This document shows positions 48,688 through 57,856 of a stretch of DNA of 64,000 bases, piece after piece; the first letter of the stretch is position 1; the number at the start of each line of letters is the position of its first letter. Source of the stretch: Candidatus Bathyarchaeia archaeon (GTDB taxonomy: Archaea; Thermoproteota; Bathyarchaeia; Bathyarchaeales; Bathycorpusculaceae). Under the pieces are notes generated by a model. That model did no database searches. It saw only the letters and a program-made list of their open reading frames with translations, and had not been told where the DNA came from. Location: positions 192,023 through 256,022 of the forward strand of contig JAVZNE010000002.1 in assembly GCA_038882975.1 (NCBI GenBank), given 5' to 3'. A program made the translations under genes and the position numbers.

Positions 48688-49062
48688 TTAATCTTCCACT
48701 TTTTCTCCAATAATTGTTTCAACTATTTCTGAGGCTAGCTGTATTAGGTTGTCTGCCTGCTTTACGGCTTTTTCCTCGTTCACCTCTTCCAACTGGGTCA
48801 TCTGCTGCATCATCCCTTCAATTTCAACTAGGCATCTCAAAACTGGGTCATTCCTGAACTGCATTTTTTCAATGGCTTCTCTTACCACGTTTTCTATGAA
48901 GGCCGGTTCTCCTAGGCTGTAGTATATGGCGTTTCTAGCTTTCCTTATGGCTTCTAGAATGAGGCTTGGAGCCATATAGGGCATTTTTCTTGCGGCTTCC
49001 AGCTCTGCTTTTGCTTCGCGTAGGTATCTTAAGGCCCATCCGCGCCTGTATTGGTCCATCAT
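48688..49062 (-). CDS. Small all-helical hypothetical protein (HEPN-like N-terminus)
   Basis: WALRYLREAKAELEAAR pattern. No RxxxxH motif is seen. Confidence 0.55.
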   Translation of the reverse strand: MMDQYRRGWALRYLREAKAELEAARKMPYMAPSLILEAIRKARNAIYYSLGEPAFIENVVREAIEKMQFRNDPVLRCLVEIEGMMQQMTQLEEVNEEKAVKQADNLIQLASEIVETIIGEKVED

Positions 49063-49112
49063 AACCTAAAGCCTCATCCGCCTTTTCTAAAATGGAAAGC
49101 CTTCTAATAAAG

Positions 49113-49337
49113 TTACTCGCCTTCTTCAGAGCTTTTAGTAGACGCTGGCGTTTCCATGCCGGAATAAATGTGGGTTATGTATCCTGCAATCTGGTTTCGT
49201 ATCCGTGTTGTTGTCCCTTGTAAAAGTGTGGTGACAGCCTGCTTATTCTCTTCAAAGTTGCTGGAAAACTTGTTGGGGAAACGCCTAACGAGTTCTTTTG
49301 CTATGCGTTTAATGTGTTCTGTGCGAACTTTTCCCAA
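49113..49337 (-). CDS. rps17e: 30S ribosomal protein S17e (eS17)
   Basis: MGKVRT..IKR, FEENK, RNQIAGYIT. Confidence 0.95.
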   Translation of the reverse strand: MGKVRTEHIKRIAKELVRRFPNKFSSNFEENKQAVTTLLQGTTTRIRNQIAGYITHIYSGMETPASTKSSEEGE

Positions 49338-49429
49338 GCTTCATTGTCCCCCAAGCAGCCCTCATCCATGCCGTTTCACACAATGCTTGTTTAAAGTGAA
49401 AATTCATAACAAAAAGGCTGAATTTAAAT

Positions 49430-50236
49430 TTACGCGTCACTATCCCTCGAATTTATCTTTACTCCAAAAAATTCCTCAAAATTCCTCGCTATCTGATTTG
49501 CGGTTTCCTCAATGCTTATCCTTTTAATTTCAGCTATTGCACCTACAACTATTGGAATGAAAGCTGGGGTTGTCATTTTCCCCTTAAAGGGGCTCTTAAA
49601 GTAGCGCACTGGCCCATCAGTTTCTGTTAAGAGATTTGTTAGCGGCACTTTTTTGACGACTTCACGTATACCATTTGAGTAAGCCGTTGGCGGTCCCTCG
49701 CTGATGTAGTATCCTCTTTCGATGGCTTTTGGTAATACGCTTATTGGGTTGCTAAACCAGTGCAAGAGAACCCTTTTCAAGTTGTAGGATGGCAGCATAT
49801 CCACTATTTGCGTTGTAGTTCCACGAGAATGAACAATCACTGGAAGGTTTAGTTTTTCAGCTAGGTGAAGCATTACATCAAAAACCTTCAGCTGCTTTTC
49901 CCAAATTCTCTCATATTTGTAGTCCAAGCCAACTTCGCCTATGGCCTTTAAGGCTTTATTGCGCCTATTTTTCATTATGAATTCTGTTGTCTGTTGTAGT
50001 TCTTCCTCGGTTAACGTGTTTACGTTCCATGGATGGATTCCCAACGCGGCATGAACTATCCCATTATAGCGTTCGGCAAGCTCAAGGCTTTTTATGCTTG
50101 TCTCCAGGTTCATGGAGTTAGAAACTATAGCCACCACGTTGGAGTTTTTGGCGTCTAAAATGATTTCTTCAATTTTCTCGATGTATTCTTCATCTGATAG
50201 GTGGATGTGGGCGTCGACAAATTTTAAAGGCTCCAT
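49430..50236 (-). CDS. tatD: TatD-family nuclease
   Basis: DAHIHL, GIHPW, GEVGLD, VHSR, HWF, ETDGP. Confidence 0.92.
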   Translation of the reverse strand: MEPLKFVDAHIHLSDEEYIEKIEEIILDAKNSNVVAIVSNSMNLETSIKSLELAERYNGIVHAALGIHPWNVNTLTEEELQQTTEFIMKNRRNKALKAIGEVGLDYKYERIWEKQLKVFDVMLHLAEKLNLPVIVHSRGTTTQIVDMLPSYNLKRVLLHWFSNPISVLPKAIERGYYISEGPPTAYSNGIREVVKKVPLTNLLTETDGPVRYFKSPFKGKMTTPAFIPIVVGAIAEIKRISIEETANQIARNFEEFFGVKINSRDSDA

Positions 50237-50397
50237 AGCGTATGCCACTTTGAGCATAAAACTACAAGCCTAGGCATTTTTATAATTTCCTCTCTTAAAT
50301 AAAGAAAGTTTGGCTTTGGTGCCAAATTTTAGAAGATAGGATGCAATAAACGTTAAATATTGCTTTAAATAGAGAAAGAGGCTACGGAGGAGTCTTT

Positions 50398-50619
50398 ATG
50401 GCAGATTTAGAGTTGGCAATTGCCCCCATGCATAGGTTATGCAAGAAGGCTGGAGCTGACCGCGTAAGTGAGGCAGCTGCAAGAGAGCTTGCAAAAGCCC
50501 TAGAGGAGATAGGGATAAAGATAGCTAAAGAAGCTCTAGACTTTGCAATGCACACCGGAAGAAAGACTATAAAGGCTGAAGACATCGAGATCGCCGCCAG
50601 AAAAGTTATGGGCAGATAA
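50398..50619 (+). CDS. Archaeal histone
   Basis: ELAIAPMHRL..KAGADRVSE...HTGRKTIKAEDIE histone fold. Confidence 0.95.
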   Translation: MADLELAIAPMHRLCKKAGADRVSEAAARELAKALEEIGIKIAKEALDFAMHTGRKTIKAEDIEIAARKVMGR

Positions 50620-50733
50620 CGACTACTTCTCCCCTCTTTCTTTCTAAAATATGCCGCTACAACTAGCAATGTATATAAGAAGCGAAAATGGAATCTATCC
50701 ATAGCCTAAAATCGTTCAAGGAGATGCCAGTTA

Positions 50734-51060
50734 ATGGGTGGGAAAAAGAAGCTTAGCTTGAAACAGATGGAACGCATGCAGATGCGGAAGGGTGAGGAAG
50801 AGAAAAAGAGGAAGGAAAAGGAGAAGGAAAAGGCGACAAAAGAGAAAAAGCCAGCTGGAATATTTTTACCAGACGTCCAAGGCGGGAAGATCCTTGATGA
50901 ATTAAAGAAGATGCGGGTTTTAACGCCCTATGCAGTAGCAACACGCCTCAACATCAGAATAAGCGCGGCTAAAGACTTTCTTGAAAAGCTTGAGGAAGAT
51001 GGCTTAGTTCAGCTAGTTTCTGGTAACCACGACATTAAAATATACAAGGCTGTTGACTAA
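50734..51060 (+). CDS. rps25e: 30S ribosomal protein S25e (eS25)
   Basis: MGGKKK basic N-terminus followed by the LTPYAVATRLNIRISAAK wHTH. Confidence 0.88.
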   Translation: MGGKKKLSLKQMERMQMRKGEEEKKRKEKEKEKATKEKKPAGIFLPDVQGGKILDELKKMRVLTPYAVATRLNIRISAAKDFLEKLEEDGLVQLVSGNHDIKIYKAVD

Positions 51061-51098
51061 CCGTTTTATTTCCATAAAGGCTGTTTGCCTAACCTCTT

Positions 51099-51590
51099 AT
51101 GGCTGGAGCTGGGTTGGCTTATCCAAAAAGAGTGTACACCACAAACGAGGTCAAGGAAGCTGAAAAACTTGTTAGGAAAGGCTATAAACACCGCCTAACC
51201 GTTAAAGGAAGTCCAGATTTTAGGCAGAAAGTTAGAGCTGCATTGAAACTCGTTAAAACTGCGGGATACTATGACTTTTTGCGGTCATACATAAAAAGTA
51301 TAACCGAAATTGACGGTTTCACACAACTCCGAGAGTCTGAAGCCTCCCTTTGGGCAAATAAGTATGCGGTGGCAAATCCTGTCGATGCCGCAAGCCTTTT
51401 TGTGCAGAAGGCATATCATATGAGGGAGTATCTTGAAGGAAAAATGTATTATGGTGGAGAAGCTGAAAGGCGTTCAGTGGAGAAACGCATAGAATTCCTT
51501 GAAACATTAAAGAAGAAGGCGCGGAAGAAAGATGTCAAGGAAGAATGTGAAAAGCTTTTGAAAAGTTGGAGCGAGAGCGTATACCTATAA
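51099..51590 (+). CDS. Hypothetical protein
   Basis: 163-aa ORF with plausible composition, co-oriented with eS25. Confidence 0.7.
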   Translation: MAGAGLAYPKRVYTTNEVKEAEKLVRKGYKHRLTVKGSPDFRQKVRAALKLVKTAGYYDFLRSYIKSITEIDGFTQLRESEASLWANKYAVANPVDAASLFVQKAYHMREYLEGKMYYGGEAERRSVEKRIEFLETLKKKARKKDVKEECEKLLKSWSESVYL

Positions 51591-51968
51591 CTTTTCAACC
51601 TTAATGGTTGTTCCACTTTTAACCTTGCTAAAAAGTTCAAGATTTTTGGTAATTTTACCTAAAATGTTAACTGGGCTGTAGGGCTGAGACTCACCAAAAA
51701 ATATGCATAGGGCGCTTCCCATAGGCCAGAAGGCTATCGTCCCCTTTTCAACTGTGCCCTTTGCCTTTTCTTCACCCATTTTCACTGGGATTTCAAAGTA
51801 AACTTCCTCCTTCCATAGGGCGACTCTTCCCTCGATAGGAAGTTTTCGGACTATCATGTCCACTGTTCTTGGGGCTAAGTGGCGGACAAGCTCGCCTTCA
51901 GCTTCGCCTAATCCTTCAATGATGAATTTTATTTTTACTCTCGAAATTTCGACCTCTTCATTTCCCAT
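51585..51968 (-). CDS. Cyclophilin-like fold protein (TM1367/DUF369-like)
   Basis: LAPRTV, LPIEG, WKEEVYFEIP, GTIAFWPMGSALCIFFG. Confidence 0.85.
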   Translation of the reverse strand: MGNEEVEISRVKIKFIIEGLGEAEGELVRHLAPRTVDMIVRKLPIEGRVALWKEEVYFEIPVKMGEEKAKGTVEKGTIAFWPMGSALCIFFGESQPYSPVNILGKITKNLELFSKVKSGTTIKVEKL

Positions 51969-53295
51969 GCTTCTGCACTTTCCCCAGAAAGTCTTCCAAA
52001 ATTTGCTCTAGAGACAATGGTCCCAAAACTTTAAGCTCATATTTGACTCGCACTGTTGGCTTATCGATTTCCATAACCCTTCTCAGGTCTACTGGTGTTC
52101 CGATAACCACAACGTCGCATGGTGTTTTGGCGATTGTTTCATTAAGCTCCTCAATCTGTTTTCCCCCATAGCCTAAGGCCGGTAGAACAGCTCCGAGGTG
52201 GGGGTACTTTTCATAAGCCTCTCTTATTGAGCCTACAGCATATGGTCTCGGGTCGGCTATTTCTCTGGCTCCAAGCTGCTTTGCCAATATTGTTGCTGCG
52301 CCGTAGGGCATGTCGCCATGAGTCAATGTTGGACCGTCTTCAATTACAAGCACTCGCTTGTCTTTAATTAGCTCTGGTTTGTCAGCGGTTATTGGCGACG
52401 AAGCTTCAAGTATAATAGCGCCGGGATTAACCCGCCTTATGTTTTCCTTCACTAGGCTGACGTTTTTGTAGTCTGCAGTGTCAACCTTGTTTATTATCAC
52501 TACATTTGCCAATCTAAGGTTGGCTTCTCCAGGGTGATACGCTATTTCGTGTCCAGCTCTATGGGGGTCTGCGACAACTATGTGAAGGTCTGGCTTATAG
52601 AAGGGTATGTCGTTGTTTCCCCCATCCCAAACGATGATGTCGGCCTCTTTTTCCGCTTCCCTTAAAATCTTCTCGTAGTCAACCCCAGCGTATACAACCA
52701 CGCCGTTATCTATGTGAGGCTCATATTCCTCCCTTTCTTCAATGGTGCATTCGTATCGGTCAAGGTCCTCATATGAGGCGAAGCGTTGGCAGACTTGCGC
52801 AAGCAAGTCGCCATAGGGCATTGGATGTCTGATAACAACCACGTTTAAGCTTTTTCCCTTCAAAATTTTTGCCACTTGCCTTGATGTCTGGCTCTTTCCA
52901 GAACCAGTTCTTACGGCGCCTACAGAAATTACTGGAACTTTAGCTTTGAGCATGGTTGTTTTAGGTCCCATGAGTCTAAAGTCTGCTCCGCTTGCCAGTG
53001 CTATTGACGCCTTGTGCATGACGTACTCGTGGGAGACGTCGCTGTAGGCAAAGATAACTTGGTCAACGTCAAAATCCCTTATCAGCCTTGAAAGTTCTTC
53101 TTCGGGATAAATTGGTATACCATTCGGGTAATTTTTTCCAGCCAACTCCGGCGGGTACACTCTTCCCTCTATGCCCGGAATCTGTGTGGCGGTGAAAGCC
53201 ACAACCTCATAAGCGTCGTTGTCCCTAAAATAGACGTTAAAGTTGTGAAAGTCCCTCCCGGCTGCGCCCATTATAATAACTCTTGTTTTTGCCAT
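51958..53295 (-). CDS. COG2403 P-loop ligase (cyclic 2,3-diphosphoglycerate synthetase-like; candidate arginine synthetase ArcE)
   Basis: GAAGRDFHNFN, RTGSGKS, RHPMPYG, EEREEYE, WDGGNND, EDGPTLTHG. Confidence 0.8.
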   Translation of the reverse strand: MAKTRVIIMGAAGRDFHNFNVYFRDNDAYEVVAFTATQIPGIEGRVYPPELAGKNYPNGIPIYPEEELSRLIRDFDVDQVIFAYSDVSHEYVMHKASIALASGADFRLMGPKTTMLKAKVPVISVGAVRTGSGKSQTSRQVAKILKGKSLNVVVIRHPMPYGDLLAQVCQRFASYEDLDRYECTIEEREEYEPHIDNGVVVYAGVDYEKILREAEKEADIIVWDGGNNDIPFYKPDLHIVVADPHRAGHEIAYHPGEANLRLANVVIINKVDTADYKNVSLVKENIRRVNPGAIILEASSPITADKPELIKDKRVLVIEDGPTLTHGDMPYGAATILAKQLGAREIADPRPYAVGSIREAYEKYPHLGAVLPALGYGGKQIEELNETIAKTPCDVVVIGTPVDLRRVMEIDKPTVRVKYELKVLGPLSLEQILEDFLGKVQKHGK

Positions 53296-53374
53296 AAAGC
53301 GGGTGCCCCCGCAAAACCACCAAATCCGGTGAAGGCACTATACTAGACGGCGTAAATATAAAAACCTAGCTGTT

Positions 53375-54487
53375 TCAACCCTGCCTAACCAAACGAGAAA
53401 CAGCCTCGCCTATAAAGTCTATCTGCTCTGCAGTAACGCCGGGATGAACTGGCAATGAAAGCACCTGCTCCGAGGCTTTTTCTGTTTCTGGAAGCCTCCG
53501 TTTTCCAAACTTGCGATAGTAAGGCATTAGATGAATGGGCCATGGATAGTAGACTTCGGCGCCTATGCCCTCCTTCCTTAACTTTTCGACAACGGTGTCT
53601 CGCTTTGCTCTGTCCGCGTCTTTAATTCTTACCGTGTAAAGGTACCAACTGTTTCTGCAGCCTTTAGGCTCACATGGCAGCTGAAGGTTTTTAACGCCAC
53701 AAAGTTTTGCTGTGAGCCTTTCGGCGTTTTCCCTTCGCTTAGCTAGAAAATTGGGCAGTTTTTTAAGCTGTGCGATGCCTATTGCCGCTTCGATTTCTGG
53801 CATGCGGTAATTGTGCCCTAGAAGAATGGACTTGTACTTTTCTTTCTCGCCGTGGCTCCTAACAAGCCTCAAGGTTTCGGCAATTTCATCATCGTTTGTG
53901 GTTATCATGCCGCCTTCGCCCGTTGTCATGTTTTTGCTTGCGTAGAAACTCCAGCATGCAATGTCTGCATAGGCACCAACTGGTTTTCCTTTGTAAGTTG
54001 CGCCGTGGGCTTGGGCTGCGTCTTCAATGACCTTTAACCCATGTTTGTCAGCCATCTCCCTTAACGGTTTCAGGTCTGCTGGCGAACCGTAGAGGTCCAC
54101 GGCTATTACTGCCCTAGTCCTATTTGTTAAGGTTTTTTCAACGGCTTCCGGCGAAATATTGTAGGTTTCAGGGTCTATGTCCACAAAAACTGGTTTGGCT
54201 CCAGCCATCACAACGGTTTCGGCTGTTGCCACAAAGGTGAAGCTTGGCAAAATCACCTCGTCGCCCCGTTTTACGCCTGTCCCAACAACAGCCATGTGCA
54301 AGGCTGCTGTTCCACTGTTTACGGCTATGGCGTGTTTTGCCTCAACAAACTTTGCAAACTCTTCTTCAAACTGTTTAACCATTGGTCCAGCGCCGAGCGC
54401 ATGGGTTAGGATGCCGCTTTTCAAAACTTTTATAACAGCCTTAATCTCCTCTTCGCCTATTTGCGGAGCATTTATAGGGATCATCAC
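53375..54487 (-). CDS. DegT/DnrJ/EryC1/StrS sugar aminotransferase
   Basis: NSGTAALH, TFVATA, EDAAQAHG, SFYASKNMTTGEGG, NYRM. Confidence 0.93.
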   Translation of the reverse strand: MMIPINAPQIGEEEIKAVIKVLKSGILTHALGAGPMVKQFEEEFAKFVEAKHAIAVNSGTAALHMAVVGTGVKRGDEVILPSFTFVATAETVVMAGAKPVFVDIDPETYNISPEAVEKTLTNRTRAVIAVDLYGSPADLKPLREMADKHGLKVIEDAAQAHGATYKGKPVGAYADIACWSFYASKNMTTGEGGMITTNDDEIAETLRLVRSHGEKEKYKSILLGHNYRMPEIEAAIGIAQLKKLPNFLAKRRENAERLTAKLCGVKNLQLPCEPKGCRNSWYLYTVRIKDADRAKRDTVVEKLRKEGIGAEVYYPWPIHLMPYYRKFGKRRLPETEKASEQVLSLPVHPGVTAEQIDFIGEAVSRLVRQG

Positions 54488-54561
54488 TAAGCCTCTGCTA
54501 CTATGCTAGCTTCTGAAATATAAAAAGAGTTTTGGGGTTTCAGCACAACCCTATTCGCATT

Positions 54562-55716
54562 TTAAGGTTCTGTTAAAAGGTGGATGTTAGAGGCTATTGT
54601 GGTTACTCCACAAATTTTTTCTCTGCAAGTTTTTAACGCCTCCAATTCTTTGTAAATGTTCCCCATTTCAGCTCCCGAAATTTTTGCCCACAAAAGTCTC
54701 CGTTTCACAGCCATCGCCAAGACCTTGTTTTTTCCCCCAGCGGACATTAATTTGGAATGCAGAATTCTTGCCACTTTTTCAGCTTCCTCATCGTGGACAT
54801 ACAGTGTTAATGAGTCGCTGTCCGCTAAGAGCATTAAGACTGGGATTCGGTTTTGTGTGATAATTTTGGAAACGTTGGGAATAACTTCCCAGATGTTTGA
54901 AGATTTTTCAACTACCAATGTTAAACATGCCAGAAGCGATTTTTCCGGGGAGGAATTAGTCCTGCTAATGGTTCCTTGGACAATTGTCCCATTTCCATTC
55001 AGTTTTTCACCATCGTAATTTGTAATTTTGACCGTGAAACAGCCATCCAAGAATTTTAATGCTTTTCTATGGATGAATTTTGTTCCAAGGTCGCACAAAT
55101 TTGCGAGCTTTTCAGCGTCAATTTTGTCAATTACCTTCGGATTTGGAACGATTTTCGGGTCAGCGGACATTATCCCCTTCACGTCTGTAACTATTATGAC
55201 TTCACTTGCACCTATTGCCCTGGCGACAAGAAAGGCTGTTGTGTCACTTCCGCCCCTGCCTAGCGTGGTTATCTCTCCCCGTGAGGTTTTGCCGACAAAT
55301 CCAGGAATCACAGGAACAACGTTTTCATTAAGTAGTTGTCCCAATTTACTTCGAATCTTATATATGCACTCATTTATTATTGGGTTGGCATTGCCAAAGT
55401 TATCGTCTGTTATTATTGGCCAGTCGTCGTCCGACGGATCTAAAAATTTTGCGTTTATTCCTTGTGCTTTTAGGGCTGCTGTAAAGAGTCTTGCGCTTGT
55501 TCTTTCTCCCATGGCAAGTATCTCGTCCAAGTCTTTTGATGAAACATTAGCGCTGCAAGCCTTGCCACTATATTCAATTAACGTGTCTGTTGTGTTCCCT
55601 ATGGCAGAGACAACGATGGCTATCTGTTTTCCACTCTTTAACTCCAAAAACACTTTTCCAGCTAACTTTTTGGCTTTTTCTCCATCTGAAAGGGATTTTC
55701 CACCGAACTTGACCAC
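54562..55716 (-). CDS. lysC: Aspartate kinase
   Basis: VKFGG, VVSAIG.TTD, TTLGRGGSDTTA, TDVKG..SADP, ACT-like C-terminus. The start is uncertain. Confidence 0.88.
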   Translation of the reverse strand: MVKFGGKSLSDGEKAKKLAGKVFLELKSGKQIAIVVSAIGNTTDTLIEYSGKACSANVSSKDLDEILAMGERTSARLFTAALKAQGINAKFLDPSDDDWPIITDDNFGNANPIINECIYKIRSKLGQLLNENVVPVIPGFVGKTSRGEITTLGRGGSDTTAFLVARAIGASEVIIVTDVKGIMSADPKIVPNPKVIDKIDAEKLANLCDLGTKFIHRKALKFLDGCFTVKITNYDGEKLNGNGTIVQGTISRTNSSPEKSLLACLTLVVEKSSNIWEVIPNVSKIITQNRIPVLMLLADSDSLTLYVHDEEAEKVARILHSKLMSAGGKNKVLAMAVKRRLLWAKISGAEMGNIYKELEALKTCREKICGVTTIASNIHLLTEP

Positions 55717-55738
55717 AACTCTTTTAATGTAATTTCTG

Positions 55739-56467
55739 TTATCGAGGACGATTACCTCCTTTCCATAGACTAATGAGCTTGGGAACTTCTCCAGCTAATG
55801 CAATCTTCCCTCTGTAGATTATGAGGACGCCTTCAACGCCTTCAATCGACCATGCCTTTTTCAACGCGCTTTTTATGGCTTGGTCAGGTTCTCCTCGCAC
55901 AACGTTGCAGACTGCTGTTGCGGCAGCATCCGCCAAACAAGCATTTTTGGCGAAAATCGTCACAGCTTCAGCTTCACCAAAGCTTAGGGCGTGCCCGTAA
56001 ACACCGGAGCTTGTGGCTATACCAATTGGAGATTTTTCAACTCTAAAACCTATTCTCCCAGACAGAGGAGAATCTCCAACCAAGAGGGCAACATCCAAGG
56101 GAGTTTCGGACACCGCTGATACTTCTCCACCATTTTCCACTATTGCTATCTCCGCCCCCCATGCAAGCATTTCTTTAACCGCCAAGTCAGCCAAAGCCCC
56201 AGCCACCGAAGCCATTGGTCCAACCCCAGCTTTAGCTGAGGCTGAAGCCATCAACCTAACAATTTCTGGTCCATCAGCAATCTCCAGTGGTTTTAGGGAG
56301 TACAGAAAGCTTACATGCGTTTTAATGTAGGATTCTAGTTGCCTACGATGATAAGTTATTGTCTCTTCAGCCACTTTAACGGCTTCATGTTTGTCAGTTA
56401 TTACTGTGCATTCTGTCTCTTTTGCGCTAAATTTTTTCTTAAACAAACCTTTAGCCGAGATTATCAT
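55739..56467 (-). CDS. UPF0280/ApbE-like protein (MA1715-like, sulfide assimilation)
   Basis: GVGPMASVAGA, ENGGE, GIATSSG..GHALSFG, ADAAATA. The ATG at 56467 overlaps the ferredoxin stop (TAATG). Confidence 0.88.
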   Translation of the reverse strand: MIISAKGLFKKKFSAKETECTVITDKHEAVKVAEETITYHRRQLESYIKTHVSFLYSLKPLEIADGPEIVRLMASASAKAGVGPMASVAGALADLAVKEMLAWGAEIAIVENGGEVSAVSETPLDVALLVGDSPLSGRIGFRVEKSPIGIATSSGVYGHALSFGEAEAVTIFAKNACLADAAATAVCNVVRGEPDQAIKSALKKAWSIEGVEGVLIIYRGKIALAGEVPKLISLWKGGNRPR

Positions 56468-56640
56468 TAATTTATGGCCCTCCTTGGACAGCCTATACTC
56501 GCAAGGCATTCTTCGCAATTCACGCATCTTGCGGCATTCCACTGAATTTTTCCATCTGCTTGTGTGAAGACTTCATGTGGACAGAGAACCGTACACAATG
56601 AGCAGAAAACGCATTTTTCCTCTATCCACTTCTTAGGCAA
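56467..56640 (-). CDS. 57-aa 2x[4Fe-4S] ferredoxin (missed by the ORF track)
   Basis: Manual translation from TTG at 56640: MPKKWIEEKCVFCSLCTVLCPHEVFTQADGKIQWNAARCVNCEECLASIGCPRRAIN*. Confidence 0.9.
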   Translation of the reverse strand: MPKKWIEEKCVFCSLCTVLCPHEVFTQADGKIQWNAARCVNCEECLASIGCPRRAIN

Positions 56641-56644
56641 CTCA

Positions 56645-57754
56645 TCACCCCATTTTCATGTGGTGGTATTCCACGTCTCTTGGAAGCCTTTCAACTGGTT
56701 CTGTTAAGAAAAACAAACCCTCCTCAATCCACTTTTTAAGTTCAGCCATTATTTTTCTAGCCACTTCAATACTGGAAGTGCAAGCCGTTTTTGCGATTTT
56801 TCCTTCAATCTCAACTTTTCCAGACTTCAACTCCGCATAGCTGGCTTCCCAAATTGCTGGGCGATTTCGACTTGGGACTCCATAATCAACGATTTTTGTG
56901 AAAATTTCTTCGTCTCTAACCGCGACACTTTTGGTTATTTCCTCATCAAGTATTGGAATTGGGATTCCTATGCCAACATAAAGTGTCACGCCATAATTAT
57001 GGAACGTGGCACCTCTCAAATATTCAGGCTGCATTTTTTTCAAGTCGCCTTTAATCATAAGGGTTCCAGACCCGTTTTTGGGGTCGTGTTGGGTTCCCTC
57101 ACCTATCACATAGCCTACTCCGCCGCCGAGAAAGATTCTAGTTCCTATGCCTATCGTTCTATACTCTGGGTCGTTTATTAGTGGGTTTAGTTCGCCGCAT
57201 CCAGCATAGTTCACATTGCCATGGTTTGGGAGGAGAATCCCCATGTAAGTGTAAAGCGTTCTGTCGGTGCTGTTTGTTGCGGCGCTATATTTTTGATAAC
57301 AGTTTCTGGGATTGCACAATATTGCCTGATTCAAATCGTGAATTGTAAACCTTGTTTCCAGAACCTTTCTTGGATAGCAGTCCGTTCCATAGGCTACGGC
57401 TTTAAGCTCTATTTCTTTGTCAGCAACCAAATCCTCAATCACATGCCCGCCACCATATTCAAAACCTCGCGTTTCGCTCATTTTCGTGGCGCCTATGTAG
57501 CAGTCCACGGCGGCGTTTCCATGATATGCTTCAACATCGTTAAGCCAAACTCTCTCCATTTTGATGGGAGGTTCGCTGTGTCCAAAGTTCAGAAAGGCTC
57601 CCGAAGAACACATTGGACCGAAAGTTGCCGTTGTTACAACGTCAACTTCATGAAAAGCCTTTTTAACATCGCTGTCCTCGATAAGTCTTTTCATTTCCTC
57701 AACAGTTAGAACTTGGACGTCTCCGCGCTTAATTTTTTGGTTAATTTCCGTCAA
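56645..57754 (-). CDS. L-aspartate semialdehyde sulfurtransferase (DUF39/MA1821-like homocysteine biosynthesis protein), no CBS domains
   Basis: EINQKI, VDVVTTATFGPMCSSGA, YGGGHVIEDL, RNCYQ, TIGIGTRIFLGG, GIGIPIP. Confidence 0.9.
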   Translation of the reverse strand: MTEINQKIKRGDVQVLTVEEMKRLIEDSDVKKAFHEVDVVTTATFGPMCSSGAFLNFGHSEPPIKMERVWLNDVEAYHGNAAVDCYIGATKMSETRGFEYGGGHVIEDLVADKEIELKAVAYGTDCYPRKVLETRFTIHDLNQAILCNPRNCYQKYSAATNSTDRTLYTYMGILLPNHGNVNYAGCGELNPLINDPEYRTIGIGTRIFLGGGVGYVIGEGTQHDPKNGSGTLMIKGDLKKMQPEYLRGATFHNYGVTLYVGIGIPIPILDEEITKSVAVRDEEIFTKIVDYGVPSRNRPAIWEASYAELKSGKVEIEGKIAKTACTSSIEVARKIMAELKKWIEEGLFFLTEPVERLPRDVEYHHMKMG

Positions 57755-57856
57755 GGTTCTCTTTTCGAGCTTCTTGCCCTCCCGGGAAATCTAAAACATG
57801 TATTCTAATTAAAATACTTTTTTGAAAAAATTATTCCAAAAAGAATATATGTCCTT

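Noticed and set aside
48688-49062. HEPN toxin of an MNT-HEPN toxin-antitoxin pair
   Set aside because: No RxxxxH motif and no adjacent nucleotidyltransferase; the one at 3390-4010 is 45 kb away.
57791-57799. Amber (pyrrolysine) readthrough of ATG-TTT-TAG, or genome-wide TAG recoding
   Set aside because: Many genes here (ferredoxin, hel308, trpB2, korB) end at TAG at their expected family length, and no pyl genes are seen.
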